A stretch of DNA of 49,781 bases from an uncultured Ruminococcus sp. Its GTDB lineage: Bacteria; Bacillota; Clostridia; Oscillospirales; Ruminococcaceae. Both the position numbers and the translations under genes were made by a program. The notes below the pieces were generated by a model, which did not search any database, was not told the DNA's origin, and saw only the letters and a program-made list of their open reading frames with translations. Where the stretch lies: the NCBI GenBank assembly GCA_949299215.1, contig CASFZT010000002.1:1-49781 (forward strand), given 5' to 3'. Of the stretch, positions 7,416-16,429 are shown piece by piece. Position 1 is the stretch's first letter. The number at the start of each line of letters is the position of its first letter.

Positions 7416-8993
7416 ATGAAATTGCGATCTATATTGAGCGGTATCACGGCTTTGCTTATGGTCGGAACGTTCTATACCTTTGCATTCTGTATGGTTGAGG
7501 ATGTTGATGAGCATGCTATTTCCATGGATTATTACTATTCAACGGAAACAGATGCAAAGTCGGGAGAGATGGTTGGTGAAGCTACCTCCGTAAATGTTAC
7601 CGAGGAAGAAAAACCGCAGGAGGTAAAGCCTGTTCAAGAAAAGCAGGATGCCGAAAAGATAAATAACACACCGGCAGAGGATAAAGAAAATAAAGCTGCG
7701 GAAACTGCCGATGAAGTGAATGTCGAAGCTGCGTCTGCGGAAGACGAAGGCACATCTTCGGAAGAAAGCGGAGTATCGGCAATTACACAGGTTCCCGAAA
7801 CCGAAGCTGCCGATACCGAAGAAAAAACCGTTGCGGCTGAAACTGCGGCGGAAGACGAAGTTGATGAATTTGCCGAGGAAGAAGCTGCTGCCGAGGAAGA
7901 TTATGAAATGGAAGACGATGACAGTTTCAGCGATGATGAAAATGTTGCGTATTCACACGGCGTTTATGCTACCGAGGCTGATGAAAATAACGTGCTCGTT
8001 AAGGAAGAAACCTTTATAACAACTCCCGAATCGGTGCAGATTAATGCGTATACAAGCATTTATCAGGAAAGTACGGTTGTAACGACCATACCTCCCGAAA
8101 CAACGGTAACAACTATAACAACTATACCGACTGTTGAGTTTACGGTCGATTTGCCGTCGTCTACCGTTTATTATCCGAGCGAAACAACAACTACCGTTAC
8201 AACTCCCGTTATAGATGTGCCGGCAGGTTCAGAAATGCTTACCGCAAGGTACGGCGGTGCTGTACATACCGAGGATGCATATGAGCTGGTGTGCAAGATC
8301 GTAAATAATGAAATATCAAGTTATTTCAGCGATGAGGCTATTAAGGCACAGGCTGTTGCTGCTTATTCATATGTAAAATACAATAATCTTAATGGTGTTA
8401 CACCAAGCGTACTGGTAAAAGAAAATCCTCCTCAGAGAATAAAGGAGATGGTTTCTGCGGTATGGGGCAAGTGCTGTTATTATAACGGAAGTGTAGCACA
8501 GACTGTTTATATGGCTTCTTCATCGGGATATACTGCGTCCTCAAGGAATGTCTGGGGCGGAGATGTACCATATCTTGTAAGCGTGGCTTGTCCGTTTGAT
8601 GCGGAAAGCGATCCGAATTACGGACTTGTTACAAGATTTTCCGAAAGTGCAATAAGAACGGCGCTTGAAAATAATCTCGGTATCACACTTTCCGATGATC
8701 CGAATGAGTGGATAAAGATATCCGCTTATATAGACGGAAATTATGTTTCACAGGTCACAATAGATAATCAGAAAACAATTACGGGAAGAAAACTCAGAGA
8801 AAATGTACTGAATTATCAGCTTAAGAGCGCAAGCTTTGATGTTACATATGCCGACGGTTATTTTATATTTACGACATATGGCTGGGGTCATGGCGTTGGA
8901 ATGAGTCAGAACGGTGCTAATATTCTTGCAAAAATGGGCTATACTTATGATCAGATATTAAAGTATTACTATACGGGAATTGATGTACTATGA
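7416..8993 (+). CDS. SpoIID/LytB domain protein with a signal anchor and a long acidic plus Thr-rich linker
   Basis: The C-terminal domain has AQAVAAYSY and GHGVGMSQNGAN, which are hallmarks of SpoIID. ATG 7416 lies behind the RBS AGAAAGGA. The track ORF starts at TTG 7410. Confidence 0.85.
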   Translation: MKLRSILSGITALLMVGTFYTFAFCMVEDVDEHAISMDYYYSTETDAKSGEMVGEATSVNVTEEEKPQEVKPVQEKQDAEKINNTPAEDKENKAAETADEVNVEAASAEDEGTSSEESGVSAITQVPETEAADTEEKTVAAETAAEDEVDEFAEEEAAAEEDYEMEDDDSFSDDENVAYSHGVYATEADENNVLVKEETFITTPESVQINAYTSIYQESTVVTTIPPETTVTTITTIPTVEFTVDLPSSTVYYPSETTTTVTTPVIDVPAGSEMLTARYGGAVHTEDAYELVCKIVNNEISSYFSDEAIKAQAVAAYSYVKYNNLNGVTPSVLVKENPPQRIKEMVSAVWGKCCYYNGSVAQTVYMASSSGYTASSRNVWGGDVPYLVSVACPFDAESDPNYGLVTRFSESAIRTALENNLGITLSDDPNEWIKISAYIDGNYVSQVTIDNQKTITGRKLRENVLNYQLKSASFDVTYADGYFIFTTYGWGHGVGMSQNGANILAKMGYTYDQILKYYYTGIDVL

Positions 8994-10297
8994 CAATGTA
9001 TGAAATTATAGAAAAGAAAAAGCATAACGTCGAGCTTACGACGGAGGAGATCAATTGGGTAGTTGCCGGATATGTGTCCGGCAGCATTCCTGATTATCAG
9101 ATATCTGCGTGGCTTATGGCGGTATGCTTTTTTTCATTGACCGACAGGGAAACTGCCGACCTTACAATGGCTATGGCACGTTCGGGAGATATGTTTGAGC
9201 TTGGACTGGATAAATTTTGTGCGGATAAGCACAGTACGGGCGGCGTGGGTGATAAGACCACTCTTGTTGTAGCACCGATAGTTGCGTCGTGTGGCGTTTA
9301 TGTGCCTAAGATGTCGGGAAGAGGTCTGGGACATACGGGCGGCACGATAGATAAGCTTGAGTCGATACCGGGCTTCAATACCGAGCTTGAGTATGACAGC
9401 TTTATTTCCGTTGTAAAACAGGCAGGCTTCGCCGTTGCGGGACAGACCGGTACGCTTGTGCCTGCGGACAAGAAAATATATGCACTGAGAAATGCCACCG
9501 CTACCGTGGATAGTATTCCACTTATATGCTCTTCGATAATGAGCAAGAAGCTTGCAACGGGAGCAGATGGTATAGTGCTTGATGTTAAGGTCGGAAGCGG
9601 AGCTTTTATGAAAACGGAAGAGGAAGCGGAAAAACTTGCAGAAGCAATGGTAAGGGTAGGAAAGCTTGCAGGCAGAAAATGTTCGGCTCTTATTACCGAT
9701 ATGGATAAACCGCTTGGCATGGCAGTCGGAAATTCGCTGGAAGTCATTGAGGCGATAGAAACGCTGAAAGGCAAAGGTCCTGATGATCTAAAGGAGTTGA
9801 GTATTGCGCTTGCTGCGGAGATGCTCTTTCTTGCGGATAAGGGTACACATGACGAGTGTGTGAAAATGGCGGAGAACGCACTTGTTTCCGGAAAAGCGCT
9901 TGAACGTTTCGGAAAGATGATAGAGCTTCAGGGTGGAGATATTGGTATTATTGATGATTACAGCCTTTTTGCACAGCCGAAAAGGTCAATGGACGTGTAT
10001 CTGCCGGAAAGCGGATATATATGCGGTATTTCCTGTGAGAAAGCAGGAATGGTTTCGCTGAAATTGGGTGCAGGCCGTCAGACCAAGGAATCTGATATAG
10101 ATTTTACTGCAGGTATAATTTTTGAAAAAACGGTTGGCGACAGGATAGAAAAGGGTGAAAAGGCGGCAACGCTGTATACATCTTCCGATTGCGATATAGA
10201 GGAAATAGCCAGGGAATGTTCGGGTATTTTCCATATCGGCAAGCAAGAGGATGCAGTGAAAGAAAAAATTATTAAAAAAATCATAAAAGGGTATTGA
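8990..10297 (+). CDS. pdp: Pyrimidine-nucleoside (thymidine) phosphorylase
   Basis: 435 aa with the HSTGGVGDKTTL motif and overall Pdp/DeoA architecture. Its start overlaps the SpoIID-like stop (ATGA). Confidence 0.92.
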   Translation: MTMYEIIEKKKHNVELTTEEINWVVAGYVSGSIPDYQISAWLMAVCFFSLTDRETADLTMAMARSGDMFELGLDKFCADKHSTGGVGDKTTLVVAPIVASCGVYVPKMSGRGLGHTGGTIDKLESIPGFNTELEYDSFISVVKQAGFAVAGQTGTLVPADKKIYALRNATATVDSIPLICSSIMSKKLATGADGIVLDVKVGSGAFMKTEEEAEKLAEAMVRVGKLAGRKCSALITDMDKPLGMAVGNSLEVIEAIETLKGKGPDDLKELSIALAAEMLFLADKGTHDECVKMAENALVSGKALERFGKMIELQGGDIGIIDDYSLFAQPKRSMDVYLPESGYICGISCEKAGMVSLKLGAGRQTKESDIDFTAGIIFEKTVGDRIEKGEKAATLYTSSDCDIEEIARECSGIFHIGKQEDAVKEKIIKKIIKGY

Positions 10298-10322
10298 CAA
10301 ACAATATTATATAATGTATAAT
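10294..10322 (+). promoter_or_regulatory. Promoter for the zinc-ribbon gene
   Basis: TTGACA-17 nt-TATAAT, overlapping the pdp stop codon. Confidence 0.55.
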
Positions 10323-10412
10323 ATTAAATGTCAAGCAAGATAAAGCATTCACCCGTGGTCTGTACACTATGGCAGACCGTGTAATTACAATTTATGATAG
10401 GAGGAACTAACT

Positions 10413-10865
10413 ATGAATGATGTTGTAGAAAAAATCAGTAAGGTTTTTACGGATACAGGAAAGGCAGTGTCCGAAAAGACAAAGCAGGTTGGAGAGGTAA
10501 CAAAGCTTAATTCAAGAATTTCCTCTTCCGAAAGAGCTATTACCGAAAATTATATTGCCATCGGAAAGTATTACTATGAGAATTACAGGACAAATCCCGA
10601 TGCCGAGGTTGCAGAAGAAGTTAATGCGATCGCTGCATCTATTGACTCAATAGTTGAAATGAAGGCACAGATACTTATGCTTAAAGGTATGGTAAAATGC
10701 GTCAAGTGTGGAGCGGAGTGTCCGATTGATGACGTGTATTGCGGCAAATGCGGCGCTGTGCTTGAAAAGCCCGAGCCAATCGTTGAAGAGCCGATGGTTG
10801 AAGAGAACGCAGCAGTTCCCGAAGAAGTTGTTGTAATTGATACGGACGATACATCTGAAGAATAA
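10413..10865 (+). CDS. Zinc-ribbon domain protein with a coiled-coil N-terminus and an acidic tail
   Basis: 150 aa. It contains CVKCGAECPIDDVYCGKCG (CxxC-x10-CxxC). An RBS (AGGAGG) lies upstream. Confidence 0.75.
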   Translation: MNDVVEKISKVFTDTGKAVSEKTKQVGEVTKLNSRISSSERAITENYIAIGKYYYENYRTNPDAEVAEEVNAIAASIDSIVEMKAQILMLKGMVKCVKCGAECPIDDVYCGKCGAVLEKPEPIVEEPMVEENAAVPEEVVVIDTDDTSEE

Positions 10866-10892
10866 TTTTAACTGCATAATTGAGTTTTATTT

Positions 10893-10929
10893 CCCCAAGG
10901 CTTGTGGTATGGCTTTGGGGAATTTTTTT
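10893..10929 (+). terminator. Intrinsic terminator
   Basis: The stem CCCCAAGGC/GCTTTGGGG is followed by AATTTTTTT. Confidence 0.75.
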
Positions 10930-10955
10930 ACATAAATACTTACATAACTTACAGC

Positions 10956-10984
10956 TTGAATTTTTGTAACCGATTTGTTATAAT
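10956..10984 (+). promoter_or_regulatory. Consensus extended -10 promoter upstream of the mini-ORF
   Basis: TTGAAT-17 nt-TATAAT, with TGT immediately upstream of the -10 (TGnTATAAT). Confidence 0.6.
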
Positions 10985-11063
10985 ATAAGTGTTCCGTAAC
11001 CAATATGTAATATTTGTGCGGAACGGAGACGTCCCTATCTTAAAAGAAAGGAGGATAAAGATC

Positions 11064-11132
11064 ATGTGTTCAAACAATTTCTGTTCAGAACTTATTGCAT
11101 ACATTCTTAATTGCTTAAAGTCAGGCTGCTAA
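11064..11132 (+). CDS. Unannotated 22-aa cysteine-rich peptide (MCSNNFCSELIAYILNCLKSGC)
   Basis: The ATG is preceded by AAAGGAGGATAAAGATC, a strong RBS at correct spacing. It has its own promoter and a symmetric C-x4-C-x9-C-x4-C pattern. It is below the ORF-track length cutoff. Confidence 0.5.
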   Translation: MCSNNFCSELIAYILNCLKSGC

Positions 11133-11185
11133 GAAAGTATGTACATCATTAAAGCCAACCTTAAATATATAAACATAAATTGACA

Positions 11186-11221
11186 TAAAAAATCCACCGT
11201 ACCTGTTGAGATACGGTGGAG
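11186..11221 (-). terminator. Intrinsic terminator of the 11230-13395 gene
   Basis: The minus strand has the stem TCCACCGTA/TACGGTGGA followed by TTTTTT. Confidence 0.8.
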
Positions 11222-11229
11222 TTACTTAT

Positions 11230-13395
11230 TTAGCTGTTAGTGCTGATGTAGTTGTACAGCATCTGCATAGCCTCAGCTCTTGTAAGCTCCTTGTTCGGTT
11301 CAAGCTTGCTGCCCGTAAACAGACCGCTTGCCTTTGCAATAGCCGCATATCCGACATTTTCGTCAGTTGCGGGGAGATCGGTGAATACCGATTTGTAAAT
11401 TCCCTTAAGCTCTGCGAATTGCGAGCCGCCCAACTGATTTACAAACAGTTTTGCAGCGGACATATTTGTAAGCACCTTGTTTCCGGTATCTTCTTCGTCA
11501 GCCAATTCGTTGGTTACAGCATAGTATGGTATGTATGAATTGAATATCTGCGATAAAAGGCTTGTAAATTCATTTTCTGTGATTTTTGTTTTGGGAGAAA
11601 GCTTGTTTGAGCCTTCGGTGAGATAAACGCCGTGCATTTCAAGTATTTTTACAGCTTTTTCCTGAGGTATTCCCTTGATGTCGGTGTACCCCGTAAATTC
11701 TTCGTTAAGTTCATTGCCGTAATAATCTACAAGATTATATTTGCTGTCCGTATAGAAGCACTTTGTCTTGTATACAAGATATGTGCTGATAGAGCCTGAT
11801 TTTGTTACATATGTGCAGTATTGCAGTTCAAGCTTATTGTCCTTGAAGAATGACTCAAAGGCGTTGTCCTTGTCATACTTTGTAACTGCAGGGAAACTCT
11901 TTACATCGGAGTGATTGAACGAGAATGAAATTACCTTGCCTGTGCTGTCAATGGTTATGCTTATGTAGTCATCCTCAACGATCACATTGTTTACATATCG
12001 GTTGAAGTAGAATATCTTGCTTGTGGGATAGTGCTTTTTGCCGTCGTTGTCTACCCAGAAATCCGGTTCTTCCTTGCTTTGCTCGGAGAGCTTGTATCCG
12101 CTTGCTATATCCTTGCAGTAGTGCTCTGCGGCAGCCTCTGCGATCTTGATGTTTTCACTTAACGGATATTTCTTGGTGTTATCGAGTGTTTTTCCGATGT
12201 TTGAGTCAAAGCTTATGATCTCACCAGTTTTTGCATTGATGTTTACACGGAGGGTATCGTAAATACCCTGCACATTGTTTTTCTTTGTTGTATAGCGATA
12301 GTTTGCAAAGTATTCGTCTGTTTTCGTATTTTTGTATACGTTAGATGAGGACAGCGTGTAGCTTGAAGAAAGCTTTATGTATTTGTCGTTCTGCAGGAGC
12401 TTTAAGACATCGTCTGCGGAGAGTATTTCTTTGCTTGCTTCAATTTCCTTAAGCTCCTCCGGGGTGAAGGTAACACCGCCCTCGGCAGAATTTTCAGTAG
12501 CTTCAGTTACAGCTTCTTCTTCAATTACATAATCAAAATATAAATATTTACCGAAAGGAAGAGTGTAGTAAGCTGCGTTCTTTGAAGCGTCATCATTGAA
12601 TGTAGATACAGTGCCGTCATAAGCATTAATAAACTCGGAAAAATCCGAACGGTATACAAGCTTTGCAACAGGTTCTTCGTTTTCATCATATGAGATGACA
12701 TATACGGGAGTGATGTTGCTTAAATCCTTGAAAGCCTTGTTTGCTTCTTCTTCGGATATAGCGTCCTTCGGAGAAGCAAATTCTGCGTCCTCAAGCCATG
12801 AGAATGAAAAATTTATAAGTTCTCCCGTGTCTTTATCAAGAGATATTGTACCGGTGTCGTAAATATCCGTAACGCCGTTTACAACTCTGTTTATTTTTAT
12901 TTTTGCATATTTGTTTTTCAGACCGATCGAGTCAATTTCAAATTCCGCCTCAGAAATAAGATCGGGGTTGAATTTTTTGAAATGCTCTTTTGCCTTTGCA
13001 AGAAGCTCATCCTCGGAAAGCTTTGCAAATGTCGGAGTGTCCGTGTAAAAATCCTTGTCAAGGTAGTTTGTGTTGTAGCTGTAAATAACATTGTTGCTGA
13101 TGGCGATAGTCATGTATTTGTATTCTTTTGCATCGTCCGGAGTAGACCATTTGAATGAGTAGCTTTTGAAGATATGGCTTTTATCCTCCGTGTAGGTAAA
13201 TTCTGAAAGCTCACTTGGTATAGTTACACGCTGCTTTACCTTTGTAAGCGCCGCTTTCATTTCGTCCTGTGCAGATACGCTGCTTGCTGCAACTCCGGGA
13301 TTTTTTGCCGCAGATACGGGGATAGCGGCAAGTCCCGATATCATGATCGCAGATAATGCTATTGAAGCAATTTTACTTAGTGTATATTTTGTCAT
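11230..13395 (-). CDS. Secreted cell-envelope protein with repeated YcdB/PepSY-like modules and C-terminal SLH-like repeats
   Basis: It has a signal peptide (ALSAIMISGLAAIPVSAA). The C-terminus (FTDLPATDENVGYAAIAKASGLFTG...LTRAEAMQMLYNYI) resembles S-layer homology repeats. ATG 13395 lies 9 nt after AAGGAG; the track starts at TTG 13404. Confidence 0.6.
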   Translation of the reverse strand: MTKYTLSKIASIALSAIMISGLAAIPVSAAKNPGVAASSVSAQDEMKAALTKVKQRVTIPSELSEFTYTEDKSHIFKSYSFKWSTPDDAKEYKYMTIAISNNVIYSYNTNYLDKDFYTDTPTFAKLSEDELLAKAKEHFKKFNPDLISEAEFEIDSIGLKNKYAKIKINRVVNGVTDIYDTGTISLDKDTGELINFSFSWLEDAEFASPKDAISEEEANKAFKDLSNITPVYVISYDENEEPVAKLVYRSDFSEFINAYDGTVSTFNDDASKNAAYYTLPFGKYLYFDYVIEEEAVTEATENSAEGGVTFTPEELKEIEASKEILSADDVLKLLQNDKYIKLSSSYTLSSSNVYKNTKTDEYFANYRYTTKKNNVQGIYDTLRVNINAKTGEIISFDSNIGKTLDNTKKYPLSENIKIAEAAAEHYCKDIASGYKLSEQSKEEPDFWVDNDGKKHYPTSKIFYFNRYVNNVIVEDDYISITIDSTGKVISFSFNHSDVKSFPAVTKYDKDNAFESFFKDNKLELQYCTYVTKSGSISTYLVYKTKCFYTDSKYNLVDYYGNELNEEFTGYTDIKGIPQEKAVKILEMHGVYLTEGSNKLSPKTKITENEFTSLLSQIFNSYIPYYAVTNELADEEDTGNKVLTNMSAAKLFVNQLGGSQFAELKGIYKSVFTDLPATDENVGYAAIAKASGLFTGSKLEPNKELTRAEAMQMLYNYISTNS

Positions 13396-13512
13396 ATATA
13401 TCAACTCCTTGTATTTTATGCGACTTTATATCGCTGTCAATTAGAATACAATTTGTAAAGGAATATTTTTTCATTTAAGTAAAATTTTGTGAATTATTAC
13501 AAATTAAAAATA

Positions 13513-14196
13513 TTATTTATGTGCAAGCTTATCAGAAATAATATCCATTACAAGCTTGATAGCACCGTCAAGATTGACATTTGAGGTATCTGCAACAACA
13601 GCGTCCTCTGCCTGCTTGAGAGGAGCAATGTCACGGTGCATATCGTTATAGTCACGTTGTTTTATGTCTGCAAGAACTTCTTCATACGAAGGACAGTCCG
13701 GTTTTTCAGCAAGCTCCTTAAGACGGCGTTTTGCCCTTTCCTCGGCAGACGCCGTAAGATAAATTTTCACGTCCGCATCGGGAAGAACGACCGTGCCGAT
13801 ATCACGTCCGTCCATGATAATGTTGTTTTCGGCAGCTATCTTTTTTTGAAGATCAAAAAGAAACTTACGCATTTCGGGGTGTGCCGAAACAGCGGAAGCC
13901 CCCATAGAGACTTCGGGTGTGCGTATCTTGTCCGATACATCTTTGCCGCCTGCAAAAACGTGCTGAACACCGTCTATATATTTAAGAGCAAAGAAACCGT
14001 CGGGAAGTGCGGAAAGCTTAACTGCAACGGAAACACGGTCAGACGGAGAGATACCGTTTTCTATCATGGTAAGAGCAGCCGCACGGTATAATGCGCCCGT
14101 GTCAACGTAAATGTAGCCGAGTGCTTTTGCAGCAGCCTTTGCTATCGTGCTTTTTCCCGCACCTGCAGGACCGTCAATTGCAATGTTTACAGGCAT
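13513..14196 (-). CDS. cmk: Cytidylate kinase
   Basis: 227 aa with the P-loop IAIDGPAGAGKST and the Cmk-typical DTGALYRA. Confidence 0.93.
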   Translation of the reverse strand: MPVNIAIDGPAGAGKSTIAKAAAKALGYIYVDTGALYRAAALTMIENGISPSDRVSVAVKLSALPDGFFALKYIDGVQHVFAGGKDVSDKIRTPEVSMGASAVSAHPEMRKFLFDLQKKIAAENNIIMDGRDIGTVVLPDADVKIYLTASAEERAKRRLKELAEKPDCPSYEEVLADIKQRDYNDMHRDIAPLKQAEDAVVADTSNVNLDGAIKLVMDIISDKLAHK

Positions 14197-14219
14197 AATA
14201 AGCCTCCTTTAAAAATAAT

Positions 14220-15284
14220 TTACCACTTCATAATTCGGTTTATTTCGGATATAAGCTTTTGAGACATTTTCTTATGTGTCGCAAGAGAGGGGTGGTTTTC
14301 CGCACCGATACCGTCTTCTTCACGCTGAACATCAAATCGTATGGAGTGTATATTTTCATCATGAAGTTCCGAAACGGCAGTCTCGATCTGTGGACAAAGT
14401 TCCTGCCCCATAGCGCCGAGAGCGCATATTATAACAGACTGCGGATTTTTGCTGCGTATCTTTCCGATAAATTTTTTGTATCCGATAAGGAAAGCTTTTT
14501 CACGTTCGGGGATACCTCTTGTGTAGAGATTATCGTTTGTGCCGAGATTTACAACGATAAGCTGCGGAGAGAATCGTGAGTTGTCCCATATTTCCTTTTT
14601 ATCATCAGGAATACCGAGAAAGCTTTCCGTTCCTCTGTCGGTGTAGTCATAGAGTTCAGGCATAAGCCAGCTTGTTTCCGGTTCATCAGAATCTTCGGGG
14701 ACGGAGTTTGATATGACACCGATAGACGTCCAGCTTACAAGATGAAACTCCGCATTGAAATGACGTGCGGTCAAAGCGGCATAGTTTTCGTAAGGATTTT
14801 CCTGCTTTGTGGAAAAAGCATCCTTTCCGAAAACTCCTTCTATCCCGAAACCGCAGGTTATGGAGTCGCCGATAAACTCAATGCGGCGTGATTTTTTAGA
14901 AACGGTCGGTGTGATATTGCCGTTTGAGGATAATGAAACTATCCCCATTTTGTCGAATGCGTTTTCCGACATCTTCATGATACAAATTTTTACGGACGTT
15001 TCTTTATCTGCGGAAAATATCTCATAGCTGTTTGTGCCGCTTTCAATGGGAAATCTTTTTATCAGCACATCATTTACAAAAACAGCGGCATAAGCCTGAA
15101 ACATAGCCTGCCACGGCTCGTTAAGTACCCAGTCCGTTGTTATTTCTGCGGATATGCTTTTACCCGTAAAATTGAATTCGGCAGCCGTGCAGGAAAATCC
15201 GAGATATAAAATATCGTTTCTGTAAACGGTTCGTCCGATAGTCCTTATGTGCTCCGAATTGGGCTTAACGGTTATTTTGTTCAT
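14220..15284 (-). CDS. SGNH/GDSL hydrolase, CE2-like carbohydrate esterase with an N-terminal beta-sandwich domain
   Basis: 354 aa. It has GDSITCG (block I) and LGTND (block III). The two-domain layout is typical of CE2 acetyl esterases. Confidence 0.7.
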   Translation of the reverse strand: MNKITVKPNSEHIRTIGRTVYRNDILYLGFSCTAAEFNFTGKSISAEITTDWVLNEPWQAMFQAYAAVFVNDVLIKRFPIESGTNSYEIFSADKETSVKICIMKMSENAFDKMGIVSLSSNGNITPTVSKKSRRIEFIGDSITCGFGIEGVFGKDAFSTKQENPYENYAALTARHFNAEFHLVSWTSIGVISNSVPEDSDEPETSWLMPELYDYTDRGTESFLGIPDDKKEIWDNSRFSPQLIVVNLGTNDNLYTRGIPEREKAFLIGYKKFIGKIRSKNPQSVIICALGAMGQELCPQIETAVSELHDENIHSIRFDVQREEDGIGAENHPSLATHKKMSQKLISEINRIMKW

Positions 15285-15718
15285 ACTTCCTCCCAGAAAT
15301 CCTCACCGATGTGATCTGCGAAAACAGCGTAAATTTCAGGGTGAGAGGTTTTGGTGCGTACAGGCTTCATGTCAAGCGTTGTAAAGAAATGGCGTGTTTC
15401 GCCCGCAGCCTTGAGTTCGCCTGTTTCCTTGCCGAAAATTTTGTATGATATACGCATTTTAAAGCCGTTGAACTCCTCTACTTTAAGAACGATACAAACC
15501 GTTTCTCCGAAGCGTACAGCTTTTTTATATTCACAAGCCGCAGAAAGCACAGGTATCATTATCCCTTCTTCCTCCATCTTTTCATACGGATAGCCCATTT
15601 GTTCAAGATAGTGTATTCTTGTTTCCTCAAACCAGCGTATATAGTTTGAGTGGTGGACAATACCCATCTTGTCCGTTTCATAATAGTGCGGAGTACGTTC
15701 GTAAATACATTTGTGCAT
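15281..15718 (-). CDS. Acyl-CoA thioesterase, 4HBT/YbgC family
   Basis: 145 aa with the hot-dog fold signature YYETDKMGIVHHSNY. Its stop overlaps the next start. Confidence 0.8.
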   Translation of the reverse strand: MHKCIYERTPHYYETDKMGIVHHSNYIRWFEETRIHYLEQMGYPYEKMEEEGIMIPVLSAACEYKKAVRFGETVCIVLKVEEFNGFKMRISYKIFGKETGELKAAGETRHFFTTLDMKPVRTKTSHPEIYAVFADHIGEDFWEEV

Positions 15719-15745
15719 AAAATAAATATCCTTTCAAAGTAAATA

Positions 15746-16417
15746 TTATTCGGGGATTTTCCAGTCCACAGGCTCTATGCCGTGAGAAACCAGAAATTCA
15801 TTTGTTTTTGAGAAATGTCTGTTGCCGAAAAATCCGTTGTATGCGGAAAGCGGACTTGGGTGTGCAGATTGCAGAATAAGATGATTTGGATTTGTAATAA
15901 GCTTGACTTTTGAACGTGCGTTTGCACCCCACAGAATAAATACCATAGGCGCTTCACGCTTGTTAAGCAGTTCAATAACATGATCGGTAAAAATTTCCCA
16001 GCCGTGATTTTTGTGAGAGTTCGGCTGACCTTCACGCACCGTAAGAACAGTGTTCATTAAGAGTACACCGTTTTGCGCCCAGGAGATAAGCTCTCCGTGA
16101 GAAGCGGGCGGTATTCCGAGGTCGCTTTGCAGTTCTTTGTAGATGTTTTGCAGCGACGGAGGAAGAGGAGTTCCTTTTTTTACGGAAAAGCAAAGCCCGT
16201 GAGCCTGCCCCGGCTGGTGGTAAGGGTCCTGTCCGAGAATGACAGCCTTAACTTTGTCATACGGTGTGTATTTGAGAGAGTTGAAAATGTCATACATATT
16301 TGGATATATGGGATAATGCGAGTATTCATATTTGAGAAACTCACGGAGCGAAAGATAGTATTCCTTTTCAAATTCACCCTTTAAGACATCATCCCAGCAG
16401 TTTCCTATGTTAACCAT
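15746..16417 (-). CDS. ung: Uracil-DNA glycosylase (family 1)
   Basis: 223 aa with the motifs GQDPYH and HPSPLS. Confidence 0.95.
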   Translation of the reverse strand: MVNIGNCWDDVLKGEFEKEYYLSLREFLKYEYSHYPIYPNMYDIFNSLKYTPYDKVKAVILGQDPYHQPGQAHGLCFSVKKGTPLPPSLQNIYKELQSDLGIPPASHGELISWAQNGVLLMNTVLTVREGQPNSHKNHGWEIFTDHVIELLNKREAPMVFILWGANARSKVKLITNPNHLILQSAHPSPLSAYNGFFGNRHFSKTNEFLVSHGIEPVDWKIPE

Positions 16418-16429
16418 AAATGCCTCCGA

